This document shows positions 25,950 to 32,269 of a stretch of DNA of 34,835 nucleotides, one piece after another (positions within the stretch are counted from its first letter, which is position 1; each line of letters starts with the position of its first letter). The translations under genes were made by a program, and so were the position numbers. Location of the stretch: the IMG/VR virus record IMGVR_UViG_3300005805_000246, positions 1 to 34,835 of that record; one strand, written 5' to 3'. The notes under the pieces are model-generated. The model did no database searches, was not told the origin of the DNA, and worked only from the letters and a program-made list of their open reading frames with translations. This DNA comes from a virus. Its lineage: Duplodnaviria > Caudoviricetes.

Positions 25950-26721
25950 CCTGATGGTCCTGGGCGAGGCCCAGGCAAAAGCAGAAAAGATGGGCGGGCC
26001 GGTCAAGGTTATAGATGCCTACGGTGAGGTGGTGAACTCACCCCTGTTTGTGAACCAACCATGCTTTGCCAAACAAGACCAGGAAGCGGTTTGCACCTTG
26101 GCCATCGGCCGTGGTAAGCGGCCATACATTGCAAGCCATAACAATTACCACCGTATCTGGAAGGCTTACCAACCCAAACCCGCAAAAATCAATTGGCTAG
26201 AGGAAGAGCTGAACTGGATTAAAAGCCTGCCAAATGATTTTGTAATAGTCGAGCCCAACATAAAGCAGCGCTCTGGCATGGCCAACAAAAGCTGGGGTTT
26301 TGATCGTTACCAGCAAGTGGTGAAAAAATTAAACCAGTTTAATTGGCTGCAGTTGGTACAGGATGAGACCACTCCCAGGCTCAAAGGTGTTGACCACCTT
26401 CGCACCTTCAGCTTCCGCAGCGCTATGGCCACACTGAGCAGGGCCGTTGGATATCTTGGGCCAGAGGGTGGGATGCACCATGCCTCAGCTGCTGTGGGTG
26501 TCCCTGCTGTGGTGATCTTCGGTGGTTACATTAGCCCCAAAGTGACCGGGTATGAGGGGCACATTAATCTATTCACAGGCACCGGCCTGGGCTGTGGTAA
26601 TTCCCAGCCATGCGAATGCAGTTGCATGGCCAGGATCACTGTGGGCCGTGTCTGCGAGGCTGTCGAAAAGCTACTAGCTAGGCAGACAGATACAGCGCAC
26701 GCTCATCTTCCCGGCGCTTGA
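25933..26721 (+). CDS. GT9-family (heptosyltransferase-like) glycosyltransferase
   Basis: 262 aa. GWGDDLM, NKSW, GPEGGMHHASAAVGVPAVVIFG, CMARITVGRV. Confidence 0.82.
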   Translation: MGWGDDLMVLGEAQAKAEKMGGPVKVIDAYGEVVNSPLFVNQPCFAKQDQEAVCTLAIGRGKRPYIASHNNYHRIWKAYQPKPAKINWLEEELNWIKSLPNDFVIVEPNIKQRSGMANKSWGFDRYQQVVKKLNQFNWLQLVQDETTPRLKGVDHLRTFSFRSAMATLSRAVGYLGPEGGMHHASAAVGVPAVVIFGGYISPKVTGYEGHINLFTGTGLGCGNSQPCECSCMARITVGRVCEAVEKLLARQTDTAHAHLPGA

Positions 26722-27181
26722 CCAGGCCGGGGAGAACCCTACCACCACCCTTGGTCCACATTCTGAAGGCATCAGCTGCGCCCTGGTGGTCACCTCGACG
26801 GTGGCGCATGAGGATAGTGGACCGCTGCAGATTGCCTAGCCCAGCATTGAACGCAAAAGAGACCAGCGCTCCAAACTGGCCAGGAGTAACCCGACCATGA
26901 GTGAAGCGCAGAACGCCCCTGGTAAAAGTCGCAAGGTCTTTAGTAAGTAAGTCATCAATCTCCTCCTCTGACCAGATGCGGAAGTCTTCCACCCGCAGGT
27001 TGTACTCCTTCCGAATCTTGCCCTCATAGCCAGGCTTCCTCACCACCGGCAGCCTAATCTGCTCCTGGTACAGGACGTGCCCCACGCCCACGGTCCATAT
27101 CTGGGCAGGGCACAGGTAAGGCTTATTCCTTACCCCTTCGTGATGCTTCAGCATCTTGAGCACGGCCGGCTCGAGTGTCAT
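26678..27181 (-). CDS. Endolysin, GH24 lysozyme
   Basis: 167 aa. HEG...YLCPAQIWTVGVGH (E-x8-C-x5-T), ALVSFAFN.G, GLVKRR..E. Confidence 0.93.
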   Translation of the reverse strand: MTLEPAVLKMLKHHEGVRNKPYLCPAQIWTVGVGHVLYQEQIRLPVVRKPGYEGKIRKEYNLRVEDFRIWSEEEIDDLLTKDLATFTRGVLRFTHGRVTPGQFGALVSFAFNAGLGNLQRSTILMRHRRGDHQGAADAFRMWTKGGGRVLPGLVKRREDERALYLSA

Positions 27182-27681
27182 CGCTTCTGCCAGTTGCGTG
27201 AGCCAAACCAGAATCCAATGATGCCGCCCAGCATGGCCATCTCATCCGTGCTGAAGATCACATCAGCCAGGCGCACAATGTCATCCATGCTGTTGACCAG
27301 GCCAGGCGTAGACATCACCCAGGCCATCATGTAGACATTGATCAGGACCAGCTCAAGCACAAAGATGTAGGTCACGGTGGGCCGCACGGTGCCAACGTAA
27401 TTGGCTACCCACTTGCTGGCCCTATCGAGCACCTTCTCGTCATGCGCCAGGGCCGCCACGGTCATCTGCGCATCGGTCTGCATGGCAATTTGGTCGGTGC
27501 GAATCTCCTCGACCTTCTGCTGAGCAATAAATCCCTCACGGGCCAGAGAGAGCTCACGCTCTGTCTGCATCCGGGCGAGCTCAAGCTCCTGTTTCTTGTC
27601 CGCTTTATCTTGGAAAAAATCCAGAAGCTTTGGCAGGCCAGAGATCAGCAGGCCACCTAGAGTTGATATCAATGAAAGCAT
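27178..27681 (-). CDS. Holin (3TM GTA-holin-like)
   Basis: 167 aa. N-terminal hydrophobic helix, VRPTVTY, IIGFWFGSR. Adjacent to the lysozyme. Confidence 0.78.
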   Translation of the reverse strand: MLSLISTLGGLLISGLPKLLDFFQDKADKKQELELARMQTERELSLAREGFIAQQKVEEIRTDQIAMQTDAQMTVAALAHDEKVLDRASKWVANYVGTVRPTVTYIFVLELVLINVYMMAWVMSTPGLVNSMDDIVRLADVIFSTDEMAMLGGIIGFWFGSRNWQKR

Positions 27682-28202
27682 TACTGTCCCCTTGTCAGAA
27701 TTAAATCTACGGCAGCCCAGACCACCATGCCACCAATGCCCACAATGGTGATGCCACCGATCCACAGAATCAGGTTGTCCCAAAATGCTTTCTCGGCCTC
27801 TTGCTGGTCTTGCTTGGCCTTGATGCGCCTGGCCCTGATCTCCCTGCGCATATTGCAGAACTTGCGATATCCATCCATGCCACCGAACTCACTACCCAGG
27901 TTGGCCCAGGCACCGACCACGAACATCTCCCTGATCTCGGTCTCCATCTGGCGCAGCTTGTACTCAGCCTCGAAAGCATTAAAGGCTTCCTGAGTGTCGC
28001 TGCCCATGGTCTGCTTGGCAAATAGCTTGGGCTTCTTGGGTTCGTTCTTCTGCTTATTGATGACCTCCTCGAGCTGGTCGGCCACGCCACAATACTTGGA
28101 GAGCTGAGACCAGACTCCCTCTGCTTCAGCCGCAAACTCACTCGCCTTCTTCAGCCCTGACCAGATGGCACTGGCCGTGGCCAGAAGGGTGGTCGGGTCC
28201 AT
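27681..28202 (-). CDS. Membrane-anchored hypothetical protein in the lysis cassette
   Basis: 173 aa. MDP-type N-terminus, coiled coil, C-terminal TM helix. TAATG coupling on both sides. Confidence 0.7.
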   Translation of the reverse strand: MDPTTLLATASAIWSGLKKASEFAAEAEGVWSQLSKYCGVADQLEEVINKQKNEPKKPKLFAKQTMGSDTQEAFNAFEAEYKLRQMETEIREMFVVGAWANLGSEFGGMDGYRKFCNMRREIRARRIKAKQDQQEAEKAFWDNLILWIGGITIVGIGGMVVWAAVDLILTRGQ

Positions 28203-29251
28203 TACTTACCTCGCTTCCATTTCAGATACTCGACACCCTCCAGCGGGTCCCAGAACAATTTAATCATGTCGGGATGGTCCTCGGCCAGGTTGGGGTCAAT
28301 GATCGTCATGCAGGCAGGCGATAGGGTCTGGTCCCGAAAGCCACGCTCCTTGGCATAGCTGTCGTAAAGCTTGTAGCTGGCCACCTGTACGGCATGGCAG
28401 ATGCGCCCGCTGCTGGCATCCTTGATGACACCATAGCCAGACGTATGCTTGTGGCCAGAGATCATCAGGTGGTCACGGTGCCCCATCTGGGCGGCCTTCA
28501 TCTGGCCGTGGGCCGGGTTCCACATTGAGTGGCCGGCAAAGTCATGGCGGGCATTGACAATCACCTGGCGGCCAGTAGGGAAGCGCAGGCCAATCCGGCA
28601 CTCACTGCTCTGGTACAGGGTGTCTTGCTGCCGGGCGATCCACTTGATCGGGTCGGCCGAGCCAGACCAGGCATCATGGTTACCGCCCACCATGTAGAGC
28701 CAGCGGGTGCGTGAGATGAACCACTCGGCCAGCTTCCAGGCCTGAGCCGCAGTAGTGCCCTGGTTGGCATAGAGCCTGGCCAGCCGACCCACCCAGTTGT
28801 TGGTGGTGTCACCCACGTTGGCACCCCAAACCCCTTCAATCTTGGTAAGGTCCGAGTGCAGGCGCAGCTGCTCGAGGTCGGTGCCATCGTCATCGACGTG
28901 CGGGTCACCGAAGTGCAGAATGCCAATGGGGCCCTCAAGCTTAACCTTGACATGGATGAGCTTGGTGGCCTCCTGGTACTCCCGCTTCTTGCCGAACTGT
29001 TTAATCCTGAGCTCGACCAGCTCGTCGATATCCAGGTCGTCATCAGGCAGGGCCATCACGGTGAACTCTTCTTTCACCTCCTCTTCGCCCGTAAGCCTGT
29101 CATTGAATTCAGCCCTGGCCCTGTCAAGCCTGGTTCGGAAGGTGGCCTGCGGAACCTTGGCGGCCAGTGCGGCCCGGTAGACACTGCCGTGCGTTTTGTA
29201 GAGCTCGAGGGTCTCGAGCAGCACAGACTCTTTAAGTTTCGGGTATGCCAT
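28202..29251 (-). CDS. Calcineurin-like metallophosphoesterase with an N-terminal HTH
   Basis: 349 aa. GDPH, VGD, GNHD, ARH, GHKH. N-terminal GSVYRAALAAKVPQATFRTRL. Confidence 0.85.
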   Translation of the reverse strand: MAYPKLKESVLLETLELYKTHGSVYRAALAAKVPQATFRTRLDRARAEFNDRLTGEEEVKEEFTVMALPDDDLDIDELVELRIKQFGKKREYQEATKLIHVKVKLEGPIGILHFGDPHVDDDGTDLEQLRLHSDLTKIEGVWGANVGDTTNNWVGRLARLYANQGTTAAQAWKLAEWFISRTRWLYMVGGNHDAWSGSADPIKWIARQQDTLYQSSECRIGLRFPTGRQVIVNARHDFAGHSMWNPAHGQMKAAQMGHRDHLMISGHKHTSGYGVIKDASSGRICHAVQVASYKLYDSYAKERGFRDQTLSPACMTIIDPNLAEDHPDMIKLFWDPLEGVEYLKWKRGK

Positions 29252-29507
29252 CGCTCTCCACCTTGAGGTCTCCCAGGACAGTCATCTTTTTAATCATGCC
29301 TTTGGGGATAAAGATTAGGTTTGCGGTGTCTCCGTCGTACCAGGTCTGGGCTACCATCACCCCGTCCTTGGTCTTCTTCATTAGGAATCCAACAGTCCAG
29401 CAGGGGGATGGGTCTGGCTCTGGATTGGCACCGAACATCCAGCCATCCAGGTGATACGCATCAACCCACTCGACGATGACCAGCTCTGGTCCTACTTGTT
29501 TAGACAT
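29232..29507 (-). CDS. Small conserved beta-rich phage protein (91 aa)
   Basis: VIVEWVDA...CWTVGFL...IFIPKGMI. ATG at 29507. Confidence 0.7.
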   Translation of the reverse strand: MSKQVGPELVIVEWVDAYHLDGWMFGANPEPDPSPCWTVGFLMKKTKDGVMVAQTWYDGDTANLIFIPKGMIKKMTVLGDLKVESDGIPET

Positions 29508-29556
29508 AGCACGCCCCCCTTTGGCGATACTGTCAGCGATATCTGTTACAGGGTGA

Positions 29557-29802
29557 TTACCCTTTATTGATAGCGTGCGTGATGCCAATCCAGAGGGCGG
29601 CCACGACGGCCACCGCTACCGCACCAAAGAAGGCCAGGGTGCCATGGTCTGCAATCTTGCGCAGCCGTTTGCCAAAGCGCAGGTCTTGGCGAAACTCCTC
29701 GACAGACTCGGGCTTATCAATATCCACCCCGAGGATGGCAAAGGTTTTCTTTACCGCTCGGTCAGCAATCTCGCCGCACTCTGGCCGGTTACCGCAGTCC
29801 AT
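29557..29802 (-). CDS. Small protein with a C-terminal TM helix
   Basis: 81 aa. EEFRQDLRFGKRLR followed by a hydrophobic helix. Confidence 0.72.
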   Translation of the reverse strand: MDCGNRPECGEIADRAVKKTFAILGVDIDKPESVEEFRQDLRFGKRLRKIADHGTLAFFGAVAVAVVAALWIGITHAINKG

Positions 29803-29805
29803 TGA

Positions 29806-30096
29806 TTAGTCCTTCGGGAAACGGGTTTTGATCTCAGCAACCTTGGCTTGCCATTCTTCCATCGTGGCCTCACCTCGTTGTGCTTTAAAGAATAGTGGGT
29901 CTGCCTCTGCAATATAGGCTTGCTGGCGTTTGCGTGATGCTTGTTCAGCCGCCTTGATTGGTTGTAAGCGTTGAATCTCTGCGGTAACTGCGGCTTCGTC
30001 TACAGTAACCTCATTGCCATGGGCATCAAATGCACCAGCACCATCGTCAATGGTGACCACATTAGGGTAGAGATTGTAAATGGCTTCATGTCTCAT
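29806..30096 (-). CDS. Tail fibre assembly chaperone
   Basis: 96 aa. KRQQAY...DPLFF...WQAKVAEIKTRFPK. ATGA coupled to the fibre gene. Confidence 0.75.
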   Translation of the reverse strand: MRHEAIYNLYPNVVTIDDGAGAFDAHGNEVTVDEAAVTAEIQRLQPIKAAEQASRKRQQAYIAEADPLFFKAQRGEATMEEWQAKVAEIKTRFPKD

Positions 30097-32222
30097 ACTA
30101 GAATCTCCATTACCGTTATGGACGACGCCACTCTTGCTCTGTAATTTTCATCTTCATCGGCTCCAGAGCGATTGACATAACCTGTCCCTGCATTTACGGC
30201 AGCCTGTATTTTATAAGTCACAGATGAAGTTGTTGCAGGCGAATCTAAAAAGATAGCCACACCTTGTTGTGGATATCTATGACTTTCGGACGGGTCTGGT
30301 ATTCCCCCAACAACAGAAGCGGCCCGCCTTCTGTTACTACCCGCGGCATCCCCTAGGTAAATCTGCGTGGATGCCCTAACTAAAGCAAAGGCGATTTGTA
30401 AATTTTCAGCACTTCCTTTGACATCATACATCACAAGTATTTTATTGCTCGCACTCGAAGGCGTGATCGAAACTGATAAACCAGTCACATCTGTGTAAGA
30501 TGTGCTTGAAGTTGAAAATGTGTCGGTTTTTACTGTTTGCAAAACCTGCAACACTTTTCCAGCGCTAGCCGTTGCCCATCCCAGCACGCCAGACCCGTCT
30601 GTTTTTAATACTTGATTTGCGGTTCCGTCTGCATTTGGCAGTGTCCAAGTAACATCTGACGCAATGCTTGCGGGAGCCTTGATCGCGACATAGTTTGTGC
30701 CATTGTCTGTATCCTCAAATAGTTGCACCTCGCCCTGGGTGGATGAGGTTCCAGATGCTTTGATTGTATTTGCGGTAACAGTCGTGTCTTTGAGTAGCAC
30801 TCCGTCAATTGTCACCCCTGTAGCAGAGGTCTTCTCATTGATTACATCTGTGGTGACCTGAGAATCTTTTAGTAGCACTCCATCCACAGTGACACCGGCC
30901 GCAGAGGTTTCTTCGGAGATGGTATCGGTATTCAAGCCATTGTCGAATGTCTTCACCCCAGTAATAGTCTGCGCATCTGCTACCGTCACAAACCCTGCGG
31001 CAGTGATATAGGCGGCCACCCAGGCAGAACCTGTGTAGACCTTGATGGCATCGTCTACGGTATTGAAGTACAGGTCACCGGCCTGCAGCGCAGAGCTGTC
31101 ATTCCTGGTGGCCGGGTCAGAAGCAGCAGGCCCCAGGTACACATCCGAGAAGTTGGTAATGTCTGCCACATTGGTGGCCACTGTGGTGACATCCGAGCTG
31201 ATGCCCGCCACGGTAGTCACATTGGCTGCAATCCCTGCCACCGTTGTGACGTTGGCTGCGATACCCGCAACCGTCCCAATGTCTGTGGCATCGCCTGCCA
31301 CGGCCGTGACATCTGCCGAGATACCGGCCACCGTCGTCACGTCTGCGTCGATACCGGCCACCGTGTTTACGTTGGCAATGTTGCTGGCCACGGTACCGAT
31401 GTCTGTAGCGTCTGCCGCCACAGCAGTCACGTCCGAGTCAATGCCAGCCACTGTCGTAATGTCTGCGGCAATCGGCCCCAGGGCAGCAATCTCTGTGGAT
31501 AGGCCAGCCACCGTACCAATGTCGGTGCCATCAGCTGCAACCGTAGTCACGTCGGCAGAGATGCCGGCCACGGTGGTGACGTTGCTAGAGATGCCAGCAA
31601 CAGTAGTCACATTCGCGGCTATGCCTGCAACGGTTGTAATGTTGGCGGCCACGCCAGCCACCGTCGAGATGTTATTGACCGGGCTAATCTGGCCAGCCAC
31701 GGCATTGATATTGGTTGCATTGTTCGCAACCGCAGTGATATCCACCACAGTATTAACCACCTCTGGGTCACCAGTGGAGGCATTGAACGACAGATACTTG
31801 CCAGCCCGGTCTGCCTTTACTGGCAGGGTCATGTCAATGGTGGTCGGATCTGTAACCGGGGCCCTGATGGAACGATCCCCTGCCTCGGCATTCTGCTGGG
31901 TGAAGATGGTCAGACTGTCGAGCTCTTCGTTCAGGCTGTTGGCGAACAGGTCACCACCCGTCACGAAGTCTGTGGTGCGCTGGATGGTCCTGGCACCCAC
32001 GATGGTGATGTTGTCTGTGCCGGCCGTGGCCACCAGGGTGACCGACCCAGTGCCATTGGTATTAATGGTCACCGTGTAGTCGGTGGTCAGGGTCAGGAGG
32101 GTATCGCCCTTGTAGACCTCGATATCTGTTGCGGCCAGAATCTCGAAGGTAAAGGCATACGGCCCAGTCCCGCTAGGTGCGAATACTACCCGTCTGACTA
32201 CGTTTGAAATAGGGACTGCCAT
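30093..32222 (-). CDS. Tail fibre protein
   Basis: 709 aa. T7 gp17-like N-terminal anchor (FTFEI...DYTVT...LNEELD), repetitive shaft, GDLYFNT knob, C-terminal beta domain. Confidence 0.9.
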   Translation of the reverse strand: MAVPISNVVRRVVFAPSGTGPYAFTFEILAATDIEVYKGDTLLTLTTDYTVTINTNGTGSVTLVATAGTDNITIVGARTIQRTTDFVTGGDLFANSLNEELDSLTIFTQQNAEAGDRSIRAPVTDPTTIDMTLPVKADRAGKYLSFNASTGDPEVVNTVVDITAVANNATNINAVAGQISPVNNISTVAGVAANITTVAGIAANVTTVAGISSNVTTVAGISADVTTVAADGTDIGTVAGLSTEIAALGPIAADITTVAGIDSDVTAVAADATDIGTVASNIANVNTVAGIDADVTTVAGISADVTAVAGDATDIGTVAGIAANVTTVAGIAANVTTVAGISSDVTTVATNVADITNFSDVYLGPAASDPATRNDSSALQAGDLYFNTVDDAIKVYTGSAWVAAYITAAGFVTVADAQTITGVKTFDNGLNTDTISEETSAAGVTVDGVLLKDSQVTTDVINEKTSATGVTIDGVLLKDTTVTANTIKASGTSSTQGEVQLFEDTDNGTNYVAIKAPASIASDVTWTLPNADGTANQVLKTDGSGVLGWATASAGKVLQVLQTVKTDTFSTSSTSYTDVTGLSVSITPSSASNKILVMYDVKGSAENLQIAFALVRASTQIYLGDAAGSNRRRAASVVGGIPDPSESHRYPQQGVAIFLDSPATTSSVTYKIQAAVNAGTGYVNRSGADEDENYRARVASSITVMEILV
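30786..30941 (-). repeat. 26-aa tandem duplication in the tail fibre
   Basis: TSAAGVTVDGVLLKD and TSATGVTIDGVLLKD, 78 nt apart. Confidence 0.85.
31150..31720 (-). repeat. Tail fibre shaft: tandem 10-aa and 7-aa repeats
   Basis: Repeated (V/I)TTVAGI(A/S)x(N/D) units interspersed with ADATDIG-type units. Confidence 0.85.
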
Positions 32223-32240
32223 TTGAATCCTCCTGTGTGG

Positions 32241-32269
32241 AATCTAAGCGCTATCTGGTTGTGGGTCTA
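32241..32269 (-). promoter_or_regulatory. Possible promoter for the tail fibre-lysis operon
   Basis: TAGACC-17 nt-TAGATT ahead of an AGGAGG RBS. Confidence 0.35.

Noticed and set aside
31042-32079. 345-aa repetitive plus-strand ORF (PATVVT repeats)
   Set aside because: Mirror of the tail fibre repeats on the opposite strand.
29806-32222. Diversity-generating retroelement, as in BPP-1-like phages
   Set aside because: No reverse transcriptase and no adenine-variable TR/VR pair seen. The 26-aa duplication is in-frame and tandem.
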